Below are positions 10,734 through 23,519 of a DNA stretch of 64,000 nt, piece by piece. Location: the NCBI GenBank assembly GCA_963702895.1, contig OY969767.1, positions 384,001-448,000 of the forward strand, in the 5' to 3' direction. The notes under the pieces were generated by a model. The model did no database searches. It had not been told where the DNA came from and saw only the letters and a list, made by a program, of their open reading frames with translations. The position numbers and the translations under genes were made by a program. The first letter of the stretch is position 1. The number at the start of each line of letters is the position of its first letter. The DNA is from an uncultured Elusimicrobia bacterium. Its GTDB lineage: Bacteria > Elusimicrobiota > Elusimicrobia > 2-01-FULL-59-12.

Positions 10734-11698
10734 ATCCCCGGATACCGGCAGGTATTTTTCTGTTTGCGGCCTGCGTGATTGTCTTATTCGCCTCGGTCTA
10801 CAGCCTGCCGGAGTGGGAGCAAGCGATTGTTACGCAATTCGGGCGGCCCGTAGGAAGCGCCGTGACGGAAGCGGGGCTTCACCTCAAAGCGCCTTTTGTC
10901 CAGCGCGTCCGCCGCATCGACAAGCGGATCCTCAACTGGGACGGTTACCCCAACCAGATTCCAACCAAAGACAAGAAATACATCGAGGTCGACACCACGG
11001 CCCGGTGGCGCATCGTCGACCCTCTGCTTTTTATTCAAACGGTGCAGACCGAAGAGGGGGCGCGCCGGCGATTGGATGGGATTTTGGACGCCATTACCCG
11101 GGACACCATTTCCAATCACAATCTGGTCGAAGCGGTTCGAAACACCAATGGAATCCTCGATTTGATCAAGGTGCGCTCGGAAAAATTCAAGCAGGGGACG
11201 GTCGCGCCGGGAGACGAAGAGGAAATCACCGGTGAAATCGAGCCGGTCTATGTCGGCCGCGAGGCCTTAAGCGCCATTATCATCAAGCGGGCAGCCGTGG
11301 AGCTGAAGCAATTCGGTATCGAGCTCATTGACGTCCAGCTGCGCCGCATCGCCTACGAGAAAAGCGTGGAGGCCAAAGTTTACGACCGAATGACCTCCGA
11401 GCGCCAGCGTATCGCCCAGCGCATCCGCTCCGTCGGGCAGGGCGAGCGCGCCAAAATCCAGGGAAAGACGAACCGGGATCTCCTGAAAATCCAATCCGAA
11501 GCGTACCGCAAGGCCCAGGCCATTAAAGGCGCGGCCGACGCCGAGGCGATCGCGATCTACGCACGTGCCGTGTCCGGCGACCCGCAGTTCTACGAATTTA
11601 TCCGCACCCTCGAAGCGTACAAAAAGGCGATCCCTGCCGATACTCGGATGATTCTTTCCACGGACAACAAATTCCTCGATCTCCTACGACAAAAATAG
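10730..11698 (+). CDS. hflC: FtsH protease modulator HflC
   Basis: AIVTQFGRP, GLHLKAPFVQ, TKDKK, VYDRMTSERQRIA, FYEFIRTLEAY motifs. Confidence 0.95.
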   Translation: MNPRIPAGIFLFAACVIVLFASVYSLPEWEQAIVTQFGRPVGSAVTEAGLHLKAPFVQRVRRIDKRILNWDGYPNQIPTKDKKYIEVDTTARWRIVDPLLFIQTVQTEEGARRRLDGILDAITRDTISNHNLVEAVRNTNGILDLIKVRSEKFKQGTVAPGDEEEITGEIEPVYVGREALSAIIIKRAAVELKQFGIELIDVQLRRIAYEKSVEAKVYDRMTSERQRIAQRIRSVGQGERAKIQGKTNRDLLKIQSEAYRKAQAIKGAADAEAIAIYARAVSGDPQFYEFIRTLEAYKKAIPADTRMILSTDNKFLDLLRQK

Positions 11699-12108
11699 CG
11701 TCCTGGATACAGCCACCGTATCCCCTGGATATCCTCGGATGGCGTGTAGGCGATGGCCATGGGCAAAACGTTTCGCCATTCGGGCGAACCGTACCGACGG
11801 TCGGATTAGTGATCGGTTAAAGGCGCAGAAGTCCTAGATTCAGCAGAAAAAACAGGAATTTCAAACCGGGCATAGAAGTCCGCACCGGAGACTCGGGCTT
11901 CTGCCAGTAATTCCCAGTACACATAGGCCCAAGAACCTCCTACCAGTGCGGCGATATCTGGTCTAAATGGGGATGCCTGGGGGACATCGCTGATTTTCTG
12001 TCATTCTCGGCGCGCCCCGGGGGAGAAAAGCAGAATGGCAGGAACGTCCCGTCGGTCGTCCACATTTACTGTTCTCCGCCGAACTTGATCTGGATCAGAT
12101 TGCATTGA

Positions 12109-14489
<2,381 letters not shown>

Positions 14490-14708
14490 GGCCGGCAAGT
14501 CATCGAGTTACCAATGGGGCCTACCAATAGTGCCAGTGTTCGCATTTGACATCTGAAGTGAAGCGATACCTAGGGCTCGGGACTGACTGTCCGATCAGCT
14601 CCAGCAGATCAAGGACCGGCTCTGGCCGATGTCGGAAGAGCGTTTACAGTATTAGGGAACATCAGGCCGTCCCCTAAATTCCCGGAATTCTGCCTTCGTT
14701 ATACGATC

Positions 14709-17287
14709 TCAGGATGGCCGGGACTGAAGCAGAGCGGCCGGTTTTTCGCGCAGTGACTTTTCGACCGCGAGCGCGGCCAGAAGCGCGCTAAGGAACGTCA
14801 CCGCGAGGGTCAGCGCCACGGGGGTCTGCCAGGAAAAGACCCAGAGCCGCTCAAAGAGAAGCGCCGAAAGCGCGTAGCTCATTCCAAGGCTTAAGACGGC
14901 CCCGGCCGCCGCGGCGAGAAATCCCAGGCCGGCGAATTCCCAAAGGAAGATCCGCCGGATGAGCGGAAACGGCGCCCCGAACACTTTGAGCAGATGGATA
15001 TCGGCCCGGCGCACCGAGGCCTGGTGACTGGCGATCGAAAACAAAACGATAAAACCCGCAAAAAGAGCCAGCGCCGCCATCGCGCGGATGGCCCAGCCCA
15101 TCTGATTGAAGATCGCGAGAGCCGTTCGACAACCAGGCTGACATCGATGGTCGAGACGTTCGGGAAACGTTCAACGAGCCCGTCCTGCAGACGGATCTTG
15201 GTTCGCGTGTCGGTTCTGCCGATCGAAGCCAGCCAGGTCGCGGGCGCCTCCTCGAGAGCGCCGGGCGCGAACTGAACGAAGAAATTCGGCTGGAAGCTGG
15301 TCCAGCGGACCGACCGGAAATTCACGATCCGTCCCTGGATTTCGACCCCTTGCACATCAAAGCTCATGATGTCGCCGATCCTCAACCCCAGCCGCTTCGC
15401 GAATCGTTTCTCTACGGAAATCTCAGGAAGAGGGTCGTCCCCTGGCCCCGTCGCCCGCTCCTTGCGTTGCGAAAAATCTCGCCCCTCCACGATTTGTTCT
15501 GACTCTATGAGGGCCGCGCGCCAGGTCAGATTCATGCCGCGGTTACGAAAGCGGGTCTGGGTTTCTTCTTCCCGAGTCCGGAAGCCGCCCGTCTCTCGCT
15601 CTTTTACGAAGGGGCTGCCGTTCACCGCGCTCAGCCGCGCGCGGATGAGAGGCGACAGCGACTGAAGCGTCTGTCCTTGCCCCGCGAGATAGCGCTTGAG
15701 CGATTCGACCTGCTCAGGCTGGATGTCAAAGACGAAGAGGCTCGGAACCTCCGAGACATCCGGAGCCTCAACCTCCAGCTGAAGGCTCTTCTGGACTTGA
15801 GGGATGATGTTGAGCAGCGCCGTGCCCAGACCGATCGCGAGAAACCCAGCGAGCGTGCTCACACGGCTTCGCGAAAGATGCCGAAGCGCTAGCCGCAGCG
15901 TCACATGTCGTTCGACCGGGGAATGTTCGAGCGCCGACATGAGCGCCCCGCCCAGGCCCGCCAGGATCACCGCGGATCCCAGGAAAAGCCCCACAAAGGC
16001 TGAACCAGTAATCCACGATTTCGCCTGCCAGACGGCTAGCGCCCAGAATAAGAGCACGCCTGGCCCCGCGAGCAGTCCTGAACGAGCCGTCCATTCGATC
16101 TGAGGCGACGCGTCTTCCTGAAAGAGCGCCGAAGGCTTCAGTGTCCCTAGCCGCCAGAGGAAGGGCAGGCAAACCAGGAGTCCGGCCGACCCTCCCAGCA
16201 GAAGGGCGAGTGTCAGGCGAAACAGTGAAAAGGATACCTCGATCGGATACGCCACGAACGCGCCTAGCGAAGAAATCGCCACAGGCAGGAGCAGGACGAC
16301 GAGGAGTCCGGAGAGACCGGCAGCCGCAGCGCCCAGAAGCGCCAACTGGATCGCGTAGACCTGTCGCGCGCGCCGCGGGCTCAGGCCAAGGCTGATCAGG
16401 ATCGCGATGTCCCGCACGCGGCGCGCAAGCGAAGTCCGAAAGAGATACGCCGCCCCGATCGAGGAAAGAAAAAGGCTCGCGAGCGCCGCCAGGCCGAGGT
16501 AGTCGTTTAAAAAGCCCTGAAGCCGACCGACCATGCGCGAGGCGTTGGTATGGGGGCGGACGCGCACACCGGGATCGGGTAGCTGGCGGCTAAGTGAGGC
16601 GGCTAGCGCGTCGACATCCAACCCTTCGGGCAGGCGGTACGCGCGCTCATGGGTCGCCGTGCTCCCGCGCTGGAGTAGCCCTGACTCAAGCAGATCAGAC
16701 AGCGGTATGTACGCCCGCCAGGCGAGCGAGAAGCCCTGCGCGCCCAGAGCGCCGTCCGATTCGATGACATCGCGCACCGTGAGTTCTAGGGTGCCCAGTT
16801 TCAGGCGGTCGCCGGAAGCGGAGCGCAAGGCCGCGGCCAGTTCTTTCTGAACCCAGATGGAGCGTTTGGGAAGTGCCGGTCCGCCGCGAAGCCGATCCCC
16901 ACCGGCCAGCCGGATTTCACCATAAAATGGAAAGCCATCGCCGATCGCCGTGATTTCCACGAGGCGCGATCCCGCGGGGGAAGCGAGCATCGAATAGAGT
17001 TCAATGACATCCGCACCGGAGGCGTCAGGAAGCGCGTCCTTCAGGGCCGCGCGTTCGGATGGGGTGAACGGTCGGCGCGCGGACACCGTCAAATCAGCGC
17101 CCAGGATCTGGCGGGAACGCGCGGCAAGCGTGGCCTCGACCGACTGCTTGAAGGCGTCCAATGCGAGAAAGCCGAAAAATCCGAGGGCGAGGTTCAGGAT
17201 GAAGAAAAGGCTGAAACGCCGGTGGTTGATCAGTTCCCGGACCGCGAGGCGCGTGGTCAGGCTTTTACTCGGGTCGCAGCGATCCAT
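14709..17287 (-). CDS. ybbP: YbbP-like FtsX-family ABC permease, split by a 1-nt deletion near 15119
   Basis: Two FtsX halves; PSLFVFDIQPEQ and VRWTSFQPNFFVQF motifs; one added base gives VVERLLAIFNQMGWAIR and joins the two ORFs. Confidence 0.85.
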
Positions 17288-17933
17288 TTTCCAATACCAG
17301 GCGTCGCCCGCAGCGGCGCGCGAGATCGGGGTTGTGCGTGACCAGGATCATCGTCATGCGCCGCTGACTGACCAGGTCAAAGAGCAGCCCCATGACATGG
17401 TCCCCGGTTTTTAAGTCGAGGTTCCCGCTCGGTTCATCGGCCAGGAGCAGCCGGGGTCGCGGCGCCAAGGCGCGCGCGATGGCGGCCCTCTGTTTCTCGC
17501 CGCCCGAGAGCTGGTGAGGAAAATGCGACGCCCGCCCGGCCAAACCGACCGCCTCCAACGCCTCGGCGGCGCGGGTCCCCGCGTCCGGCACTCCCAGGAT
17601 TTCCATCGGCAGGGCGATGTTTTGTTTCGCGGTTAAATGGGTCATGAGATGAAACTGTTGGAACACAATCGCCAGTGTCCGGGCGCGGAAAGCGGTAAGG
17701 TTCTCTTCTTCCATCGCCGCCACATCCTGGCCGTCCACCCAGATACGGCCTGCGTCCGGCTGATCGAGGCCGGCCAGAAGCGAGAGCAACGTGGATTTTC
17801 CGCTGCCGGATTGCCCCAGGATCGCGAGCGTCTCGCCTTCCTCTAGGGCAAGCGAGAGGTTGTCCAGAACCCGGATGTCCGTCCCGGCCTGACGATAGGT
17901 ACGGCAAAGACCCTCAACGGTGATCAGGCTCAT
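17265..17933 (-). CDS. ybbA: ABC transporter ATP-binding protein (YbbA/LolD-like)
   Basis: [27 protein letters not shown]; lies between tesA and ybbP. Confidence 0.9.
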   Translation of the reverse strand: MSLITVEGLCRTYRQAGTDIRVLDNLSLALEEGETLAILGQSGSGKSTLLSLLAGLDQPDAGRIWVDGQDVAAMEEENLTAFRARTLAIVFQQFHLMTHLTAKQNIALPMEILGVPDAGTRAAEALEAVGLAGRASHFPHQLSGGEKQRAAIARALAPRPRLLLADEPSGNLDLKTGDHVMGLLFDLVSQRRMTMILVTHNPDLARRCGRRLVLENGSLRPE

Positions 17934-18532
17934 AAGAGCGGAAGCAGGTGCGGCAGAATCGTTTCAGCCATGCGGCGATGCCCGGCGGGATTCGGATGGA
18001 TGCCGTCGGCGAGGTTCATCGCCGGATCACCGGCCACGCCTGCCAACAGGAAGGGCACTCGCGGCACCTGGTGCTGCCGGGCGAGTGCAGGAAAGATTGC
18101 CTCAAATTGCCGCGGGTAGCGAAGCCCGTAATTGGGCGGCATTTTCATGCCAGCCAGGAGTACCTTCGCGCCGTTTTCCCTGGCGAGCGCGATCGTTTCC
18201 GACAAATTCTTTTGCGTTTCCGCGGGACTTACGCCGCGCAGGCCGTCGTTGGCCCCGAGCGCGAGGATGACGATTCGTGGGCGGGATTTTAAGTGCCAGC
18301 GAAGACGCGAGACAGCGCTGGCACTGGTGGAACCGGAGACGCCGGCGTTCACCAGGCGGACCGCCTGGCCTTGTTCACGAAGCCGCGTTTCCAGCACGGC
18401 CGGCCAGGCCTCTTCCGCCGCGATCCCGTAGCCTTCTGTCAAGGAATCTCCCAGGCATAGGATCACGGTCTCCGCAGACGAAGCGCTCGCCAGCCCCAAC
18501 AGGATGCCCGCGATCATGAGTGTTTTGGACAT
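17930..18532 (-). CDS. tesA: SGNH/GDSL arylesterase, TesA-like
   Basis: GDSL, NAGVSG, GANDG, DGIHP blocks; signal peptide. Confidence 0.92.
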   Translation of the reverse strand: MSKTLMIAGILLGLASASSAETVILCLGDSLTEGYGIAAEEAWPAVLETRLREQGQAVRLVNAGVSGSTSASAVSRLRWHLKSRPRIVILALGANDGLRGVSPAETQKNLSETIALARENGAKVLLAGMKMPPNYGLRYPRQFEAIFPALARQHQVPRVPFLLAGVAGDPAMNLADGIHPNPAGHRRMAETILPHLLPLL

Positions 18533-18686
18533 ATCCCTTTCATCATAGCGCAGCGGGGAGCGGAAGGCTAAATGAAGTTTATCGGCTTAAGGGGCCCGAG
18601 CTCACGAGCTCAGGAGACGGATTCCTGCCGTTCTTTCATTTCCCTATTCCTCTGGTGTATGCCGCTCGGCTTGGGCGAGTGAGTCG

Positions 18687-18893
18687 AAAGGGGTCAGTGT
18701 TCTCATGACACATTTGGTGACGAGGAATGAATAAGAAGACGATTCCTGCATCTAAGGGTTTGGGAGGCGTCTCATGCCACGCGCGCCGATGAGAAAGCGC
18801 AAAACTGCGCCGAAACGAAAGAGCTGCTGAAGGCCTTGCCGCTGGCGAATGAACCGCTCGATTCAAATATGAAATGAGAACACTGACCCTTTT
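18687..18893 (+). mobile_element. MITE, deletion derivative of a TIR-flanked RAYT-like element (copy 2)
   Basis: TIRs AAAGGGGTCAGTGTTCTCAT / ATGAGAACACTGACCCTTT; MPRAP codons at 18774; shares both arms with 9246-9472. Confidence 0.78.
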
Positions 18894-18981
18894 TCCACAT
18901 GGCCCTTTTTCCATTTTTCGTCAGTTGTAAAAGTCGAGAAGGTTGATCTCTGGAGAAGGCGACGATTGAGGAAGGTTTGAA

Positions 18982-20007
18982 TCAGCCTTTTTCTTGGGCG
19001 TCCGGTATGCGGTAAACACCCGTCTTGTAGCCACCTTCGCGCACGACAAATCCGGCGCCTAGCAGGGGTTTGAGCAGGAAGTGTAAACCGCCTTTGGTGA
19101 CGTCTAGCTCCTTTTGAAGTTCGGCCGGCCGAAGCGGCCCTGCACGGAGGAGTCTCAGCAGTTTTTCCTGCCGCGGCGACAGTTGAACCTTCTCGCTGGA
19201 TTTTCCCCGCGGAAGATTTTCCATCCGTTTCCACGTTTGCTCAAGCGTGATCTCCACCATGTCCGCCATAAATTCGATCCAAGAAGATAAGTCCTGCTGA
19301 TTCTCTTTTTGGGTACGGTCCAGAGCTGCATAATAAAATTTGCGATGGTTCCAGAGTGTCTCATCGACTGCAAAGATATGCTGGCTGTCAAACTTTCGCC
19401 GGTAGAGCTCCCAGGCCGCCAGGATTCGCCCCGTACGACCATTCCCATCGCCAAAGGGGTGGATAAACTCAAACCGGAAATGAAGGACCGCTGAGCTGAC
19501 AACCGCCGGCCACTGGGCAGCTTCACTATTGAGCCAGTCCAGAAGTTCCTGCATGTAGTGCGGCACATCGGAAAAATGGGGAGCGATATGGCCCCCCACC
19601 TGAACGCCGTACGTTCGGTAAGCCCCAATGGGACCACGATCCAGCGCGCCGCCGGCTCCTAATAACGTATGAATCTTGAAGACATCGTCTTCATGGATGA
19701 ACTTCGCGTCGCCGTGACTTTGGATGAATTTCATTGCCGCCGCCGCATTTCGTATCTCCTGGAGAGAACGTCTTGTAGCGGAAGGGACATCTTTCCCCTC
19801 CAGGACCGTCCGTGCTTCTTCCAGCGTCAAAGGATTCCCTTCGATCGCACTGGACCCATGGGCGGAACGCACCACTACGTCCTTTTGGATAAGCGGCAGT
19901 GCCGGAAGCTTTATAGCCGCGTTCTGGATGCGTACATGCAGCGCTTGGATCGTTTCCAAACGCCGAAGAATTTCAGAAGTGATCGTAAAGCCGGGTTTGT
20001 AGGGCAC
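18982..20007 (-). CDS. Fic-domain protein with N-terminal inhibitory motif and C-terminal HTH
   Basis: HPFGDGNGRTGR Fic motif; SSAIEGN inhibitory helix; winged-helix-like C-terminus. Confidence 0.92.
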   Translation of the reverse strand: MPYKPGFTITSEILRRLETIQALHVRIQNAAIKLPALPLIQKDVVVRSAHGSSAIEGNPLTLEEARTVLEGKDVPSATRRSLQEIRNAAAAMKFIQSHGDAKFIHEDDVFKIHTLLGAGGALDRGPIGAYRTYGVQVGGHIAPHFSDVPHYMQELLDWLNSEAAQWPAVVSSAVLHFRFEFIHPFGDGNGRTGRILAAWELYRRKFDSQHIFAVDETLWNHRKFYYAALDRTQKENQQDLSSWIEFMADMVEITLEQTWKRMENLPRGKSSEKVQLSPRQEKLLRLLRAGPLRPAELQKELDVTKGGLHFLLKPLLGAGFVVREGGYKTGVYRIPDAQEKG

Positions 20008-20013
20008 GAGGAG

Positions 20014-20056
20014 AGTCTATCTGATCGTCAAGTATTCGTCAAGTGATTCGTCAAGT
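20014..20056 (-). promoter_or_regulatory. sigma70-type promoter of fic overlapped by three direct repeats
   Basis: Minus strand TTGACG(20042-20037)-17 nt-TAGACT(20019-20014), 6 nt before the GTG; TCGTCAAGT at 20025, 20036 and 20048. Confidence 0.7.
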
Positions 20057-20167
20057 GTGAGCGATAGAGATGCGTTCTATCGCTCATTGGCAGTGATCGG
20101 ATTTGTGATCGGCTACTGTCTGGCCAAGGTGTCGCCAAGGTGAAGGTGTCTGTCGCCAAGGTGTCAG

Positions 20168-20295
20168 GAGACTGTGTCATAAGTCGTCACCCCGGTGAAA
20201 ACCGGGGTCCAGTGGCTGGAATTATGCATTAGGTTTTCTGGATTCCGGCTTTCGCCGGAATGACGGCATGATAGTCGACGTTATGACACAGTCTC
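20168..20295. mobile_element. MITE with 15-bp TIRs enclosing a CGTC-type REP doublet
   Basis: GAGACTGTGTCATAA / TTATGACACAGTCTC perfect inverted repeat; inside CGTCACCCCGGTGAAAACCGGGGTCCAG...CTGGATTCCGGCTTTCGCCGGAATGACG. Confidence 0.75.
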
Positions 20296-20418
20296 CTGTC
20301 ACAAAGGGAGAACGTAGGCCATTTCCTGGGACAGGCTGGGCCCTCACGACAGATGTTCGCTCTGGGGGCCAGGCCCAGCCTGTCCCAGCAAGTCTGTTAT
20401 TTTTGAGATTTGTGACAG
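20296..20418 (+). mobile_element. 123-bp MITE-like repeat (copy 1)
   Basis: Outer CTGTCACAAA/TTTGTGACAG and inner CTGGGACAGGCTGGGCC/GGCCCAGCCTGTCCCAG inverted repeats; near-identical direct copy at 25166-25288. Confidence 0.8.
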
Positions 20419-20446
20419 ACAGCAGTCACCTTAATTGTTCCCAGAA

Positions 20447-21172
20447 CTACTCGTCCTCCGGCTTCTCCAGATAAATCCCCAGGTGCGCCACTTTCTTGGA
20501 CTCGGCGCCCTGTTCCGGAGTGAGCACCTGCTGGCCGCCGGGACTAAAGTCGCGCAGGTAATGGAAGTGTGACCATCCTGTTTTGGTTTCCATTTCGGCC
20601 ATCTGAGGTCCCAGAGTCGCCCAATTCTTCGTTTCCATGAAGAAATGAGTGTCTTTGGACTTGGGGTATTCGTTTCCTAACCACATTGTTGGCGATTGCC
20701 CCAAAAGCTTCTTGAGCGCTCGCGGGTGCAGGGCATTAAACGAATACTCTTTGCCCGATAGCACGCGGTTTAGATAGAAGAAAAAGAAAACAACCGATGT
20801 CGCCAAGAGGGCCATCAGCAACAGGCCAATCCCGCCGTAATTCTTGTTGTCGCCCTCCAGGACGAGAAGAATAATCATGAGGATGAGCAACACCAGCGAC
20901 ACGCCGCCGGCGATCTTCGTGTTGCGCGGCGCATGGCGCTTGATCGCCGCGAAATGTTCATCGGCGCAAGGGTCGCATACGTCGGTGAAGACCGTGCGGT
21001 GATGTTTAATCTTCCAGCCTTGCACGGTATGTCGTTCCCCAAAGGGAAAGCCCACATGCAGCGCGAACTTGGACTTGTAATCGGTCACGACCAATTCTTC
21101 GATGGTCTTCTGATGGCAGGGTGTGTCGGGGATTTTTCCGCAGAGGGTGCAGGCGTTCTGATCCTGTGCCAT
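20447..21172 (-). CDS. Hypothetical membrane protein with CxxC...CxxC and two TM helices
   Basis: CTLC and CDPC motifs, two hydrophobic helices; start set at ATG 21172 from the upstream promoter pattern. Confidence 0.65.
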   Translation of the reverse strand: MAQDQNACTLCGKIPDTPCHQKTIEELVVTDYKSKFALHVGFPFGERHTVQGWKIKHHRTVFTDVCDPCADEHFAAIKRHAPRNTKIAGGVSLVLLILMIILLVLEGDNKNYGGIGLLLMALLATSVVFFFFYLNRVLSGKEYSFNALHPRALKKLLGQSPTMWLGNEYPKSKDTHFFMETKNWATLGPQMAEMETKTGWSHFHYLRDFSPGGQQVLTPEQGAESKKVAHLGIYLEKPEDE

Positions 21173-21254
21173 GCAGAGAGGATGGCAAGAAGGCCGGCCT
21201 GCTGTCAAATGAGGTGACCAAAGTGCCCTCAAGATGCCTGGCACTCATGGAGAT

Positions 21255-21320
21255 GGGGACGGAGGTGCAAGATGGCGTCTTTCACATCGGTTCATGATGC
21301 ACTCTTGCACCGACGTCCCC
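21255..21320. repeat. Short inverted-repeat element
   Basis: GGGGACGGAGGTGCAAGA / TCTTGCACCGACGTCCCC, plus an extra CGACGTCCCC at 21327. Confidence 0.6.
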
Positions 21321-21463
21321 TTCCATCGACGTCCCCTATCCCCTTCACTATCCGCTTCCATGTGGAAAAATCATCTGATCTCCAGGTCTTGCTCGCACAC
21401 GTTGTTGAAATCCTGGACCAGCCTCGCGGCACCTAGCATAAAGTACCCGTCTGTCGCAGCCGT

Positions 21464-22876
21464 CTACGCCTTGCTCTGTTGGGGTTTGTGCACGAATTGC
21501 AAGTTGTGGAGGATCTTCATGAAGGCTTGTTCGTGGGAGGCATTGACGTCGTTGCCGGACATGCGCAGCATCAACCAACAGACCTTGTCGGTGTCGCGGA
21601 CATAGGCGCTCAGCGTGCGCAGGCTTTGATTGAGATCATCTGCGAGAAACCCATAACCGTTGGCGAGCGTCAGCGGTTTCACGTTCCAGGAGCTGACGGT
21701 GTGGTCAATGGTTTCTCTTTTCTTCATGTCCGCCATGAGTTGCGTGTATAAAGCGTCATCGCTTTTTGGGAGAGTGTGATCCGGACAGATATTGATGGTG
21801 ACATCACTTTTGCTGATCTCCAGAATATAAGGTTTGCGTCTCCATTCCCTGGGGTATTCAAAAGTAACGCCCACATCGTTGAACTTATCGTAGGAGTTGT
21901 AGACCAGGTTCGGGTGCGTTTTGATGCCATAGAAGTATGCGGGTATCGAGCCCCCGATCAGCAGGAGACCAAGGGCTCCAGTCAGTCCGAAACGCCACAC
22001 CACCATCGATTTAAAAATAGTTGTTCGAAACAATTTCCAGAAGTCGTGATATCCACTTTCCGCCCAGATGATCACGGCCACCGAGACTCCGGCGATTACG
22101 CCAAAAAAGGCTGCGACGCCAAGCCATCCCCCGCGAGGTTCCATATCCAGCACGTTGGTCACGATGTAGAGAATTCCGGACAGATACAGAAGGTATGGAA
22201 AATAGAGCGTTTGCGTTCTCAGGCGCCGATCGCACGCCGCGAAAACAAGGGAAGCCCTTTCCGGATGTTGATCCAGAAAGGATTTGGCCCATGAAACAGG
22301 GATCGCGTCTTCGGGAGTTTCTCCTGCGCCGAGCGCCGTGCCACCCTGGCTTTTGGAGGCTTCGAGATGAACGGCATCGATGGCGTTGTTTTCAATGGCT
22401 TGCGTACGCTGGAATCGTCTTTGCATAAAAAACGCCCGCGCCAAATACATCAGGCACAGCGGCAAGGCCATCGCACCGACAAAACCAATGAGCATACCGC
22501 CGGCATCGATAAATCCGTGGAATGCCGCTCCCTGCGGCGTATAGACGAACCCTGCCGGGGGTCTTGACGGCCCGAGGGCCGCTGCGAATCGGCTGAAGAA
22601 ATAGCCCGCGACGCAGGCCGCTGCAAGCCCGGCCCATTGTTTCACTTGGTTCTTCAAATAAGCCGCCAGTCGTTCTTTTCGGCAGGACGCGCAAAGCGGA
22701 GCAGGCCAGAACTCGAAGCTCGATTCGCCAGACGGCAGGGGCCGGGCCACCCCAACAAACCGGGACGTTAGGTTTTTGTCCGACTGGCAGCCTAAGCAGT
22801 GATTGGAGACCGGGATTATTTTCAATGTATTCTCAATTCCGGGCGGCCCGCCAAGATTAACTGTGCCTGCCCTCAC
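21464..22876 (-). CDS. Hypothetical multi-pass membrane protein with CxxC...CxxC and a soluble C-terminal domain
   Basis: 470-aa ORF; CLGC and CASC; about five hydrophobic segments; GVTFEYPREW resembles PsbP-like domains. Start uncertain. Confidence 0.65.
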   Translation of the reverse strand: MRAGTVNLGGPPGIENTLKIIPVSNHCLGCQSDKNLTSRFVGVARPLPSGESSFEFWPAPLCASCRKERLAAYLKNQVKQWAGLAAACVAGYFFSRFAAALGPSRPPAGFVYTPQGAAFHGFIDAGGMLIGFVGAMALPLCLMYLARAFFMQRRFQRTQAIENNAIDAVHLEASKSQGGTALGAGETPEDAIPVSWAKSFLDQHPERASLVFAACDRRLRTQTLYFPYLLYLSGILYIVTNVLDMEPRGGWLGVAAFFGVIAGVSVAVIIWAESGYHDFWKLFRTTIFKSMVVWRFGLTGALGLLLIGGSIPAYFYGIKTHPNLVYNSYDKFNDVGVTFEYPREWRRKPYILEISKSDVTINICPDHTLPKSDDALYTQLMADMKKRETIDHTVSSWNVKPLTLANGYGFLADDLNQSLRTLSAYVRDTDKVCWLMLRMSGNDVNASHEQAFMKILHNLQFVHKPQQSKA

Positions 22877-22997
22877 CCGCGAGGATCGATGGAAAACATA
22901 ACACTAGATCTTTTCGTCGGAAATGTCTATCCCCGCACCTTGCTTTGCCTGTTCTCCATAGGATTTAATCTGGGTAGTCATGAAATGAGGGGGCATT

Positions 22998-23519
22998 ATG
23001 CGTCGAATAAGTCTGCTTTTCGCGGTGGCGGCCATCGCCGTTTTTCTTGAAGGATGCACAAAGTCCTTTTTATGCGGGCCCAACAAGCGGCTTTTCAATG
23101 TCACCTATGCCCGGAGCAATCCGCGACTGGAAGAGATCAACGCCAGTGTCCCACCGGATGTGGCAGCGATCGTGGTGATCCGGTATCCCCAGTTTGTGAA
23201 ATGCGCCGTGCCGATGTACTTCCAGTTGGACGGAGAGGAGATTGGCCCCCTCGCCACGCACACTCATGTGATCGTCTATGTGCCGCCCGGTGAACACGAG
23301 CTCAACGCCCAGGACATTTCCGTCTGGAGCCCGAAGACGCGGAGCGTGTCGGGGAAAATTCGCATGGAAGCCGATGCAGGAAGAGCGTACTATGTCTCCG
23401 GTCAATTAGGTGATGGGTCCGTGAATCTTCGCCTACTCTCCGGCCAGGAAGCCTCCAAGTGGCTCAAAAGCAGCCGCCGCGTTCTCACCCCGACGGAGAA
23501 GAAACAGGAACCGCGATGA
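22998..23519 (+). CDS. DUF2846-like lipoprotein
   Basis: Lipobox LEGC; LDGEEIGPL...VPPGEHEL...AGRAYYV. Confidence 0.75.
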   Translation: MRRISLLFAVAAIAVFLEGCTKSFLCGPNKRLFNVTYARSNPRLEEINASVPPDVAAIVVIRYPQFVKCAVPMYFQLDGEEIGPLATHTHVIVYVPPGEHELNAQDISVWSPKTRSVSGKIRMEADAGRAYYVSGQLGDGSVNLRLLSGQEASKWLKSSRRVLTPTEKKQEPR

